Shown here piece by piece: positions 19,473-28,354 of a stretch of 64,000 nt of DNA (position 1 is its first letter; the number at the start of each line of letters is the position of its first letter). The notes under the pieces were generated by a model, which did no database searches, had not been told where the DNA came from, and worked only from the letters and a program-made list of their open reading frames with translations. The position numbers and the translations under genes are program-made. The DNA is taken from the sequence record OL964735.1, one strand, 5' to 3'. The stretch comes from Escherichia phage T4.

Positions 19473-19498
19473 TTTGTGTTCCTCCGTAGTTGATAGTT

Positions 19499-19530
19499 GT
19501 ATAGTACCACAGAGGAACGGTCTTGTAAAC
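19499..19530 (-). promoter_or_regulatory. Early promoter, minus strand
   Basis: GTTTACA...TGTGGTACTATACAACTATCAAC conserved block. Confidence 0.5.
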
Positions 19531-19532
19531 AA

Positions 19533-19847
19533 CTAAAAGAAACTTCTTTCACAATTTTTTCCACTGAACCAAGCGCTCACTGCTTTCTTAGTTTCAGGAG
19601 CAGTGTTATCCATAAACCATTCAAAGGCAGCCTTTTTATGATTCTGGAGGGCTTCTCGGGCTTTAATCTGCTCACGGTCTATTAACACTAACATATGAGC
19701 CTTTCTTGTCACCAGGGGCTTCTTATGATTTTTTGAATACTCCCAATCATTTGTCCATCGCATCGTTGTTGCGAATTGAAATACAGCTTCTTTAATCTTA
19801 GTTTCGTAAATTTCACGAGCCTTTGAGTATAACATCATTACCTCCAT
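19533..19847 (-). CDS. hypothetical protein
   Basis: ORF track; 104 aa. Confidence 0.4.
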   Translation of the reverse strand: MEVMMLYSKAREIYETKIKEAVFQFATTMRWTNDWEYSKNHKKPLVTRKAHMLVLIDREQIKAREALQNHKKAAFEWFMDNTAPETKKAVSAWFSGKNCERSFF

Positions 19848-19937
19848 TTACCAGTTTAATTCTAGTCATCTTTTTGATGGCAGTCCATATAATCTATTTC
19901 TGAACTGCCTTTTTGTCTTAGAAGGCCTCTTATGAAT

Positions 19938-20918
19938 TTATTTCAGAAGAGTAACCGTAGCGATTTCTTCCCAACCGTTTTTGTCGGTCATAATAAAGTC
20001 AGCAAGATAAAGTGCAGTACGCAGTGAAACATTACGTAAACGGTTAACATTGACTTTCATCCATGATAATGCTTTATAAGTTTCTTCATCAGAAAGACCA
20101 CGCTTTTGCATCATGTCGGTTGAAAGAATAACATCTTCAACCCTGACCATAATTTCTTCATTAGTGTGAACACCCAAATCCAAATAAACTGAGCGGGACA
20201 CTAATGCTTGTAAATGTGGAGCAAGTTTAGTACCACGGTCTAATTCGCGGTCAATGTCAACGTTTGTGATAAAAACAATTGTTCCTTTAAATTCAAACTC
20301 ACGCTCAATGCCTTTTTCTTCTAAGTAAGAAGATGCAGTGCTCCAGCAGACTTTACGGGTCTCTCCAGTGTCCAGAGCAGCTTTCAGAAGATTAAGAATG
20401 TCCATATCAGAGAAAACATCCACATCATCAATCAAAAGGACAGAATTCTCTTCACGATTATTCCAAAGCTGTTCATAAAGACCGATACCAGAGATTTTAC
20501 CGTTAATGCTTTTATACTCAATGTATCCAATATCATTTGCTTTATTCAAAGCTTTATCTAAAGAATATGTTTTACCAATACCCGCCGCACCAGAGATAAT
20601 TAATGAACGAATATTTCCGTTAATAATACCATTCGTCATCATTCCCATAACATTAAATCTTTTATTAATGCGGGTTTTCATATCTTCATATGATTCTTTA
20701 ACTTCTTCAACTTTTACACCATCATATGAAATGTCTGATTTGTAAACCCAAACACCGCGACGTTTACCGTCAATTTCAACAAAAACTTTACCATCTCCTT
20801 GTGCATCTACCGGAGCATTATCAGGGAACCATTCACCTAAGAGCTCAAAAGTTCCAGAGATTTCTTTACCGAAGTAGATACCCTTATTGATAGTTACAGT
20901 TTTCATTTTATTCTCCAA
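19938..20918 (-). CDS. P-loop NTPase (AAA-like ATPase)
   Basis: 326 aa; Walker A GAAGIGKT and Walker B-like LLIDDVD; preceded by promoter-like element at 20939-20970. Confidence 0.55.
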   Translation of the reverse strand: MENKMKTVTINKGIYFGKEISGTFELLGEWFPDNAPVDAQGDGKVFVEIDGKRRGVWVYKSDISYDGVKVEEVKESYEDMKTRINKRFNVMGMMTNGIINGNIRSLIISGAAGIGKTYSLDKALNKANDIGYIEYKSINGKISGIGLYEQLWNNREENSVLLIDDVDVFSDMDILNLLKAALDTGETRKVCWSTASSYLEEKGIEREFEFKGTIVFITNVDIDRELDRGTKLAPHLQALVSRSVYLDLGVHTNEEIMVRVEDVILSTDMMQKRGLSDEETYKALSWMKVNVNRLRNVSLRTALYLADFIMTDKNGWEEIATVTLLK

Positions 20919-20938
20919 ATCCGTATCAGTTGATAGTT

Positions 20939-20970
20939 GTATAGTACCATAAAGCTTTATGCTTGTAAAC
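20939..20970 (-). promoter_or_regulatory. Early promoter, minus strand, upstream of the P-loop ATPase ORF
   Basis: TTTTTTCACAAAACGGTTTACA...ATGGTACTATACAACTATCAACTGATA. Confidence 0.5.
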
Positions 20971-20990
20971 CGTTTTGTGAAAAAATTTTG

Positions 20991-21018
20991 AAATAAAAAA
21001 GGGAGCCCGAAGGCTCCC
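20991..21018 (-). terminator. Intrinsic terminator after the nucleotidyltransferase ORF
   Basis: GGGAGCC-UUCG-GGCUCCC followed by UUUUUUUAUUUC. Confidence 0.7.
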
Positions 21019-21020
21019 TA

Positions 21021-22031
21021 TCATTTATAATAACTTCGATGGTTTTCAAGATAAACCCTCTCAAGGAAGTCATCCCAGAAACTCATGTCTACTTTTTGCT
21101 GCATACCGTTCTTAGAAGCTTCAGTAGATGCTGCTTCTACTTGATCGACCACATCTTCCAAAAACTCTTGAACGGTTTTAAATGGATGCTTACCCAACTT
21201 CACGTCGAGAATAAATGGAGCATCTTGGAGTGGATAAACCAAGTCACCAGTTTTGTAAATTTCCAATAGTTGAAGTCCACCACGACAAGCATGGCTCAGA
21301 GCTTTCCAGTCAATGCCTTCATTGGCTTCGGCCTTACGAGCACGTTCGCCGTATTCAGCATCTAATTTGTTCAGTGACTGCTTAAGCTCAATAAGAGAAA
21401 GCGTTGTCTGATATTTACGACCCAACACTGTGTAAAACGTTTGTGGGCCTGTTTTCTCATGATTATGGAACACCCATTCACAGAATTCGTTTTCTGGAAG
21501 ACGATGCTTAATATCTTCAACTTTAGTACGACGCTGCTTAATGGAACCATCTTCTTGGTAATCAACCCATTGCTCAGGGATTTGATTAACTACTTTCAAT
21601 ACATCGCGTAATGCAGCCAAACGAGAACCCTTGACGCCGTATTTAGAAGCTTGCTTGCGGACATATCCTAAATATGATTTCATGTTAGTCGTATAAAAAC
21701 GAGAACGGTTGTCTTGAATAAACTTCCACACATCAGGCAAATCGGATTTAACCACTAGTTCAGGTGGAGTGTGGAGCATATCCAATGCTACAGTTTCACC
21801 ATCTGCTGCTAATTTAAAGAAATACTTAAGACTATACAATTCGTGGTCAATATCATCTTTAGTGTTTTTAGATGATGTGTTGTTGGTATTTTTACTCATG
21901 TGCTCTTTGACGTTTCCAATAAGAATATCGCGAGCAGGAGGAACAAAGATTTCTTTAAAATCTACATCAGATTCTGGAGTAGAAGTTCCATAAAGATGAC
22001 TACCAAAATAAGACTTAACTACAGTTTTCAT
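21021..22031 (-). CDS. Predicted nucleotidyltransferase (Pol-beta superfamily fold)
   Basis: Motif GSHLYGTSTPESDVDF fits the hG[GS]x(9-13)Dh[DE]h NTase signature; start taken as ATG at 22031 behind AAAGG. Confidence 0.5.
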   Translation of the reverse strand: MKTVVKSYFGSHLYGTSTPESDVDFKEIFVPPARDILIGNVKEHMSKNTNNTSSKNTKDDIDHELYSLKYFFKLAADGETVALDMLHTPPELVVKSDLPDVWKFIQDNRSRFYTTNMKSYLGYVRKQASKYGVKGSRLAALRDVLKVVNQIPEQWVDYQEDGSIKQRRTKVEDIKHRLPENEFCEWVFHNHEKTGPQTFYTVLGRKYQTTLSLIELKQSLNKLDAEYGERARKAEANEGIDWKALSHACRGGLQLLEIYKTGDLVYPLQDAPFILDVKLGKHPFKTVQEFLEDVVDQVEAASTEASKNGMQQKVDMSFWDDFLERVYLENHRSYYK

Positions 22032-22794
22032 TATTAGACCTTTCATAATCTTCATTAAATTGTACAATCAATCGATGATAATTAGATTTTGGATATCCTA
22101 ATTTACTTATATAAGTTCCGAATGACCCACGTTTAGGTCTATTTAATTTAATCCATAACTTATAAAGTAAGTCATAGTCTTGCCAATGTTTACCAGTTCT
22201 TTGTCTAATTTTAGATGAATTTGATTGTTTCTTTTTAGTTTCAAAATTATTCAAAGATTTTTTGACTGCAGCAGAGTGTTTTTCTTTAACTCCCGGTCGT
22301 TTAAAAGCAGCTTTCACCCCTTTAGATATTTTTTCTTTAACTTCCGGTTTGTTTTGTGCTTCTAACTGGGATTCTGAAATTTTAGCCCTTATTTCAGGAA
22401 GACTTAATGTTATCGAACGTTTTTCTCTGTATTCATTAGACTTCCACATTTCTTTCATTGTATTAGAATGTATTTTTGAAAATTTTTCTCTAACTAACTG
22501 ATATCCTCTTGAAGTTAATTTGAGATTTCTTCCTAAAGAATCTTCTCCAAAATTATAAAATGACCACCATGCATAAATTAATCCAGGCGAATTGTAATGA
22601 ATTTTAGCTAAAAGCCAATGGGCTATAAAATGCTCTCTAGCTGTTAATAAAACTAGATTATCAGAATCATCATTACCACCAATACAAGATGGAATAATAT
22701 GATGCTTTTCCGTATAAAAATTTAATTTAGATTTATCTAATTTTCTGAGTTTTCCTTTCTTAATTAAATTATTATATACTTTAGTATAATTCAT
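22015..22794 (-). CDS. mobD: HNH homing endonuclease (free-standing, mob-type)
   Basis: 259 aa; EKHHIIPSCIGGNDDSDNLVLLTAREHFIAH. Confidence 0.7.
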   Translation of the reverse strand: MNYTKVYNNLIKKGKLRKLDKSKLNFYTEKHHIIPSCIGGNDDSDNLVLLTAREHFIAHWLLAKIHYNSPGLIYAWWSFYNFGEDSLGRNLKLTSRGYQLVREKFSKIHSNTMKEMWKSNEYREKRSITLSLPEIRAKISESQLEAQNKPEVKEKISKGVKAAFKRPGVKEKHSAAVKKSLNNFETKKKQSNSSKIRQRTGKHWQDYDLLYKLWIKLNRPKRGSFGTYISKLGYPKSNYHRLIVQFNEDYERSNNENCS

Positions 22795-22868
22795 TGGTTC
22801 TTCGTCTCATTTAATTTTGCTTTGCATTTATAACACATGTCTGTTCCACTTGAAATAAACATATTTCC

Positions 22869-23414
22869 TCACTTTGAAATCATAGTTGGAATAACAGAAT
22901 CAAGATAAGTCTTTAGTGCAATAGCTTCGTCTTTGTTTAATGTAATGATATGTGATCGAAAATCATCAATTTGACGAATAGATACTACATCTCCCTCTTC
23001 ATAGCATTTTGAAACATTTAAAATAGTTTCATCATTCTGATTACAGGAGTTAGTAATAATAGCATTACATTTTTTAAACCATTTTAAATTATGTTTTCTT
23101 TTAGTAGAATCATAAAAATATTTAATGTTAGTTATAAAATTATCCCAATTATTAATTGATAAGCACATTGACTCGCTTTTAATATTAAATCCTGGGCATG
23201 AAGAATAAAAATGAATTTTATGCTCATCATTAATGCTTACAATTTTATCAGTGTAAGCATATTCAATTTGGGTTAAACGAACAATTTCGCTAGGCGTAAA
23301 ATATAACATGTCATCTTCTTGCGTCAAACGATACATGTTATTTACTTTTTCTATAGCCAATTCACCAAAAAGTGGACTAACTTCTAATACTAGTCGTTTC
23401 GCCTCGCTCATCAT
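22869..23414 (-). CDS. hypothetical protein
   Basis: 181 aa ORF behind promoter-like element at 23545-23576. Confidence 0.45.
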   Translation of the reverse strand: MMSEAKRLVLEVSPLFGELAIEKVNNMYRLTQEDDMLYFTPSEIVRLTQIEYAYTDKIVSINDEHKIHFYSSCPGFNIKSESMCLSINNWDNFITNIKYFYDSTKRKHNLKWFKKCNAIITNSCNQNDETILNVSKCYEEGDVVSIRQIDDFRSHIITLNKDEAIALKTYLDSVIPTMISK

Positions 23415-23544
23415 TACATACTCCTCTGAATCATATTAATAATGTTATTCACCAGATTATAAGTAAACATTGGGTAATTATATTGAATCATCACATATAT
23501 AACAAACAAAACTTTCATTCTCTTCTCCTTGGCAGTTGACAAGA

Positions 23545-23576
23545 TTACTATACCATAATCTTGTCAACTTGTAAAC
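23545..23576 (-). promoter_or_regulatory. Early promoter embedded in a 12-bp inverted repeat
   Basis: GTTTAC -35, TATAGT -10, flanked by CAGTTGACAAGATT / AATCTTGTCAACTTG dyad. Confidence 0.5.
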
Positions 23577-23741
23577 CATTAAATGACGTTTTCGATAAAA
23601 TTTTGAAGCTTTGTATGAGCATCAACCATGATTTTCATTTCTTCCTTGGCAAAAGCTGTGCCTCTTTCCCGAGAAGAACATTCATAGTCAGAAACTGCAT
23701 TAGCATATTCTTCAATTAGCTTCATTAAAAACATCTGTTTT

Positions 23742-23936
23742 TCAGTTTTCATTATTCCACCTAATCATTTCAAGATATTGAACTAACTTAGCTTTGGATT
23801 TATCCAAATCCCTTTTAGCTGCTTCTATACCGTCGTATGAATATCCTTCACAATGCTCAACTGCTAATTGATATGAATCTATTTCAATATCATGCGCTAA
23901 TTTAATGATTTTTTCAAACTGTTCGCGTGTTAGCAT
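23742..23936 (-). CDS. hypothetical small protein
   Basis: ORF track. Confidence 0.35.
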   Translation of the reverse strand: MLTREQFEKIIKLAHDIEIDSYQLAVEHCEGYSYDGIEAAKRDLDKSKAKLVQYLEMIRWNNEN

Positions 23937-23938
23937 AC

Positions 23939-24157
23939 TTAAACTCTCGTATTATGATCGATAATTTCATCAAGAAACATATCTAACGCTTCTACAGCAT
24001 TATTAACTTTAGCTTCAAATTCTTCAATACCTGATAAGGCAAAGTTAATGCGTTCCTCATCTGCTTTACGAATTAAAGCTACCAATTCCTTAATTTTATC
24101 CGCTTGTTCGATACTAATCATTATTCCACCACATATGAAAGAGAGAATATTGCACAC
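23939..24157 (-). CDS. hypothetical small protein
   Basis: ORF track. Confidence 0.35.
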
Positions 24158-24309
24158 GCCATGTGAGTTGCAACTTCATCACACATATTATAACGTTTCT
24201 TAAGAAGTTCTACAAGTTCTTCACTAGTAACTTCATCCATGTCGACGAAAAAATCACCATTAATGATGACGTAGATATTTCCTTCTTGATTGAGTGCTTC
24301 AATTTTCAT
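24121..24309 (-). CDS. hypothetical small acidic protein
   Basis: Start moved to ATG at 24309 ([11 protein letters not shown]) behind GGAGAA; track start lies in the promoter-like element. Confidence 0.35.
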
Positions 24310-24335
24310 GATGTTCTCCTCTTTATCCGATGGTT

Positions 24336-24367
24336 GTATAGTACCACAGCTCAAACGGAAAGTAAAC
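24336..24367 (-). promoter_or_regulatory. Early promoter, minus strand
   Basis: GGTTTAC...TGTGGTACTATACAACC. Confidence 0.5.
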
Positions 24368-24377
24368 CGGTAAAATG

Positions 24378-24401
24378 AAAAAAAGTCTCCCGAAGGAGAC
24401 T
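24378..24401 (-). terminator. Intrinsic terminator after rI.-1
   Basis: AGUCUCC-UUCG-GGAGACU followed by UUUUUUCAUUUU. Confidence 0.65.
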
Positions 24402-24405
24402 AATG

Positions 24406-24792
24406 TTATTCGAGGGAAAGAAGATACTTACTCTGGTAAAACATTCCAGTAATATCATCTATCGTGCTTTGGATGGCTGGAGGCATTTCTTTATAAATGC
24501 TGTTAGATTGGTCTAGTATGCGATCAATCATTTTAATTGTGTCGGTAGGAAGTTTACTGGCATCTGGAATTGAAGGCGTGTATTTTCGACCAGAATACCC
24601 CAAATATTGCTCACCAAATTTATCAATCAAATCTGGCAACTCGGAAAAAATAAAATCGTATGCTTTGTGTCTAGCATAACTTTTAGTTTCAAAATGTGCA
24701 GAATGAAAATAAGCTTGTGCAGCCATTAATAAACCTAAGTATTCATCTGCCTTTGAAGGTTTTCCACTTTGTGAAAAGTCGCTGAATTTCAT
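24406..24792 (-). CDS. hypothetical protein (rI.-1 position)
   Basis: 128 aa; immediately downstream of rI; terminator hairpin follows. Confidence 0.5.
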   Translation of the reverse strand: MKFSDFSQSGKPSKADEYLGLLMAAQAYFHSAHFETKSYARHKAYDFIFSELPDLIDKFGEQYLGYSGRKYTPSIPDASKLPTDTIKMIDRILDQSNSIYKEMPPAIQSTIDDITGMFYQSKYLLSLE

Positions 24793-25082
24793 TCAGTCTC
24801 CAATTTAATGTTCATAATTCTAGCGTATGATTGTGCCATCTCCGCGCCTCGCTCTATACATTCAAAATCAGAAGAGCACGGGTCATTTTTATAGGTCGTT
24901 CTCATAAAACTATAGAATTGTTCAGACGATTCTACGCTTTTATTTTCAAAAAGCATATAAACGTGCCTAATACCAGATTCCATAAATTTATCAAAATGAG
25001 GATCGACATTCGCTTCAATCGATGGAGATAAAACAAATGACAATCCTAGCATGGCAAAAAGTGCTGTTGCTTTTAAGGCCAT
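24789..25082 (-). CDS. rI: Lysis-inhibition regulator RI (periplasmic antiholin)
   Basis: 97 aa; N-terminal signal-anchor MALKATALFAMLGLSFVLSPSIEA; matches T4 RI. Confidence 0.85.
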   Translation of the reverse strand: MALKATALFAMLGLSFVLSPSIEANVDPHFDKFMESGIRHVYMLFENKSVESSEQFYSFMRTTYKNDPCSSDFECIERGAEMAQSYARIMNIKLETE

Positions 25083-25094
25083 AAAGGCCTCCTA

Positions 25095-25307
25095 TCATTT
25101 TTGTCCTGTATTTACTTTGTGCCGATGCACGGCCTTAACTTTATCAAGGTATTTTTCAAAATTTCGCAATCTAGTATAGTCTGCCGGAGATTGGTTGAGT
25201 GATACTTCTCGACGCAAAGCTGAAATGATATTTCCAACTTCCCTACGAATTTCATCTAATTGAAGAACAGTAAGATTGCGAAGTTGCTTTTCAGTTAATT
25301 GTAGCAT
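25095..25307 (-). CDS. hypothetical protein (rI.1 position)
   Basis: ORF track; 70 aa. Confidence 0.45.
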
Positions 25308-25349
25308 ATATACCCCTTTAGTTAGATAAACCTATTTATAACTTTTGCA

Positions 25350-25931
25350 CTAACCGAGCTTTTTAGTTAATTCATTCCAATGTTTTCTACACAAAGAAAC
25401 ATAAATTTCATCACCAATACAAATTTGATTACCTTCTTTAACTGGTGTTCCATCTTCCATTAATCGAGCTGTCATAATCGCTTTTTTACCACAATGACAA
25501 ACTGCTTTTAGTTCAATAAGTTTATCTGCAATCGCTAAAAGTTCTTTAGAACCTTCAAATAATTTTCCAGCGAAATCAGTCCTTAGCCCATAAGCCATAA
25601 CAGGAACATTATATGTATCAACAATTCGGCTCAATTGATGCACCTGTTCAGTTTTTAAAAACTGAGCTTCATCTACAAATACGCAATGAATATCTTTTTG
25701 TGCTTCAGCCCATTTATAGAACTCGAAAATATCCATATCATCTGTAATAATATTCGCTTCCTGCTTAATTCCAATGCGAGAAACGACTTCACAGACAGAA
25801 TCGCGAGTATCAATAGCAGGCTTAAGAACTAATACACTCATTCCACGTTCTTTATAATTATGTGCAGCAGTCAAAAGAGAAGCAGATTTTCCAGCATTCA
25901 TTGCTGCATAAGTAAAAATTAAACTCGCCAT
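25350..25931 (-). CDS. tk: Thymidine kinase
   Basis: 193 aa; P-loop MNAGKS, zinc-ribbon CHCGKKA...C; matches T4 Tk. Confidence 0.9.
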   Translation of the reverse strand: MASLIFTYAAMNAGKSASLLTAAHNYKERGMSVLVLKPAIDTRDSVCEVVSRIGIKQEANIITDDMDIFEFYKWAEAQKDIHCVFVDEAQFLKTEQVHQLSRIVDTYNVPVMAYGLRTDFAGKLFEGSKELLAIADKLIELKAVCHCGKKAIMTARLMEDGTPVKEGNQICIGDEIYVSLCRKHWNELTKKLG

Positions 25932-25932
25932 C

Positions 25933-26121
25933 TTAGTCCTTAGTTAAATTTTCTAAATATGTTTCTAAATCATTTTCAGCTTTATCGATAGATTTTACTA
26001 ATTCGTAATATGTTTCGGCATCTCCATATTCAGAAGATATTTCAAAAGACAAATCCTTTTCTAAACTAATAATTTCACCAACTAAAAATAATATTTCGTT
26101 CTTTTGTTCGCGAGTAATCAT
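25933..26121 (-). CDS. hypothetical small acidic protein (tk.1 position)
   Basis: ORF track. Confidence 0.4.
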   Translation of the reverse strand: MITREQKNEILFLVGEIISLEKDLSFEISSEYGDAETYYELVKSIDKAENDLETYLENLTKD

Positions 26122-26309
26122 AAGGAATTTATATAATCAATGAGTTCTTGTTCTTTATTATCGAATTCTTTAGAAAGTTCTTCGTACTCGTTTGCGCTAA
26201 AAGGACCGCATTCATTACAAACTTTTTCCAATTCACTATTTTTATCCATAACTTCGTGGATAAGAGAAAAGAGTGTGTCTTTTTGTTCTTTGCTTAAACT
26301 CATAACCAT
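26118..26309 (-). CDS. hypothetical small acidic protein (tk.2 position)
   Basis: ORF track. Confidence 0.4.
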   Translation of the reverse strand: MVMSLSKEQKDTLFSLIHEVMDKNSELEKVCNECGPFSANEYEELSKEFDNKEQELIDYINSL

Positions 26310-26527
26310 GTCACCTTTAAGCAGTATTCTTCTACATGCTGTTTACGACCTTTCTTATCAATAAAGGTATATTCAACGAATGTTCCAATGTAGTCTTTAT
26401 CTACATCATGTGGACTATTAATTGGACATTTAGTGCGACAAATGCGTTCCCATTGACGAATAATTACTGCCTTATTCTTTGGGTCATATGGATGTGGATA
26501 ATGTATATTCATAATAATGGTTCCCAA
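26300..26527 (-). CDS. hypothetical small protein (tk.3 position)
   Basis: ORF track. Confidence 0.4.
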   Translation of the reverse strand: MGTIIMNIHYPHPYDPKNKAVIIRQWERICRTKCPINSPHDVDKDYIGTFVEYTFIDKKGRKQHVEEYCLKVTWL

Positions 26528-26976
26528 TCAACAATCACAATTTCTAATTTAGAGGAATATGTATCTAAAATCCCCTCAATAATATCCCAGTTCCCTTTAC
26601 CTATGCCTGCACCAATCCTAGGCATATAGATTGTAGGTTTAATCAGTTTATTTTCACCAAACTCATTTAATTCTAACATACAATTCATTAAAGCGGAATA
26701 CTCAAAATTTGGCCCTGGTTGAAATTGAGTATAAAGATTGAAGCAGTAAGCTTTATGAGTCCTAAAGTATTTTTCATAGACTGAGTAAGAACCGAGTTTA
26801 GTTACATCACCCCATTCAGTCTGTAATTTATCAGCTTCCAAAATTTTAGGGAAAGCTTTGGTTAATTGACCCGCTACGCCTGAACCCATAGTATGAAAAC
26901 AATTACATCCATGTGCAATATTTTTACCTTCAGCGAAAAGGGCGACAATATCGCCCTTGATATATTTTACAATCAT
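26509..26976 (-). CDS. Macro-domain protein (predicted ADP-ribose binding/processing)
   Basis: 155 aa; KGDIV...NIAHGCNCFHTMGSGVAGQL and PRIGAGIGKG resemble the macro-domain N-terminal and glycine-rich phosphate-binding loops. Confidence 0.5.
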   Translation of the reverse strand: MIVKYIKGDIVALFAEGKNIAHGCNCFHTMGSGVAGQLTKAFPKILEADKLQTEWGDVTKLGSYSVYEKYFRTHKAYCFNLYTQFQPGPNFEYSALMNCMLELNEFGENKLIKPTIYMPRIGAGIGKGNWDIIEGILDTYSSKLEIVIVDWEPLL

Positions 26977-27320
26977 CTAGTACTCAATCCTCGATTATAA
27001 GAATCTACCAAACGGTCAACCATTGAATGACAAGCGGCTTTATCTTTCTCCTCCGCAACTGAACATTCTAAGGTATTCCACTTTTTAGCATATCGTTTTA
27101 ACAATGTATCGTTTTTGTATCTGCTTGATTTATCTCTTTCTCCGTCTTTATATGCATATATTAATTTCTGTGCAAATTCAGCTTGGCATGCCTTATTTTT
27201 CCCACAATAATCTGCCGCAGTGCGGTTTACATATTCTCTAATTTCAGTATATGATGTATCTGCTGACGCAGAAGCAGAAAATGAAATTAATCCTATACAT
27301 AAAACCAAAATTTTAGTCAT
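26973..27320 (-). CDS. vs: Secreted protein with cleavable signal peptide (T4 vs position)
   Basis: 115 aa; MTKILVLCIGLISFSASASA then mature part with 4 Cys; named by position only. Confidence 0.4.
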   Translation of the reverse strand: MTKILVLCIGLISFSASASADTSYTEIREYVNRTAADYCGKNKACQAEFAQKLIYAYKDGERDKSSRYKNDTLLKRYAKKWNTLECSVAEEKDKAACHSMVDRLVDSYNRGLSTR

Positions 27321-27858
27321 TTACTATTTCCAAAAGTTTATTATTTTTAAGGTAATTAGCCTTTTCTAGGACTTCAGAAGCATATTTAGAACCTGCTTTA
27401 ACATTCCATCCCGAATTATAAGAGGATATTGCTTTTCTTATATCGCCCTTATGTATATTTAACCAATAAGAAAGTTCAATGTACGCCCAGGAAGCTGAAT
27501 TGGATCGTTTATTCAACATTCTTTTTATTTCAGCATCGGTCATATTATAACCAAGTTCCTTAACTCTTGCTCGCATAGTAGGCAAATAATTTTGGAACAT
27601 TCCGTAGGCGTGATGCTTTGGTTTAGATTTTAAATTAACTCCGCCAGAGCTTTCTTGCCATAAAATGGCAGCCATTATATGACCTAATCCGCTCTTGTGG
27701 ATATTTTTGTGTGTTTTATATTTTCCATCCTTAGAAAATTGTTCCCCGAATTGATACGCGTAACGCATGTTATCGAGTTGGACATTACTGAAAGTATGCT
27801 CGGAGCTATGTGCCATCATTGAAATGGCCAATAGACCAGCGAGTAGTGCTTTTCTCAT
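27313..27858 (-). CDS. Periplasmic lytic transglycosylase-like protein (SLT domain)
   Basis: 181 aa; signal peptide MRKALLAGLLAISMMAHS; catalytic-region pattern ILWQESSGG...AYGMFQ. Confidence 0.5.
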   Translation of the reverse strand: MRKALLAGLLAISMMAHSSEHTFSNVQLDNMRYAYQFGEQFSKDGKYKTHKNIHKSGLGHIMAAILWQESSGGVNLKSKPKHHAYGMFQNYLPTMRARVKELGYNMTDAEIKRMLNKRSNSASWAYIELSYWLNIHKGDIRKAISSYNSGWNVKAGSKYASEVLEKANYLKNNKLLEIVND

Positions 27859-27865
27859 GCTTACC

Positions 27866-28327
27866 TCATTGAGTTTTAATTACTGCTTTAGAAGCCTTTC
27901 CTGGTAAACGACGACTGTTGATAATTGCCATCCTACATTGAAGTGACGGGTCTTTGAACTTCTCGTTAGGTTTACAAACTGTAAATCCAAGCCAAAGATT
28001 TCCATCTGTGATTTCTAAACGTCCAGGACGATATTCAACCCCATCAATAAAATCCTCGTCAATGTCAGGACGCGGAGGCATACTCAGGAATTCATTAACT
28101 TCTAAAACATGGTCTTTTATTTTATGGAATAATTCAAAAACGTATGTCTCATCAATCTCCCGTTGAATTGCGCGATCAAGAAGATGTTGAGAATATTTTA
28201 GATGAAACGATGAGACTCCTGCTGCTTTTGATGCCTCACGAATCTCATTGTTAATTTGACGAAACTCCGACTCAAAGTGACGACGAAGCTTATTTCGACG
28301 GATAAAAACTTCTGTATTGATAGTCAT
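27866..28327 (-). CDS. regB: RegB site-specific endoribonuclease
   Basis: 153 aa; sequence and position as T4 RegB; TATAAT/GTTTAC promoter at 28355-28384. Confidence 0.85.
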   Translation of the reverse strand: MTINTEVFIRRNKLRRHFESEFRQINNEIREASKAAGVSSFHLKYSQHLLDRAIQREIDETYVFELFHKIKDHVLEVNEFLSMPPRPDIDEDFIDGVEYRPGRLEITDGNLWLGFTVCKPNEKFKDPSLQCRMAIINSRRLPGKASKAVIKTQ

Positions 28328-28354
28328 GTTATTCTCCTCTTAACTGATAGAAAA

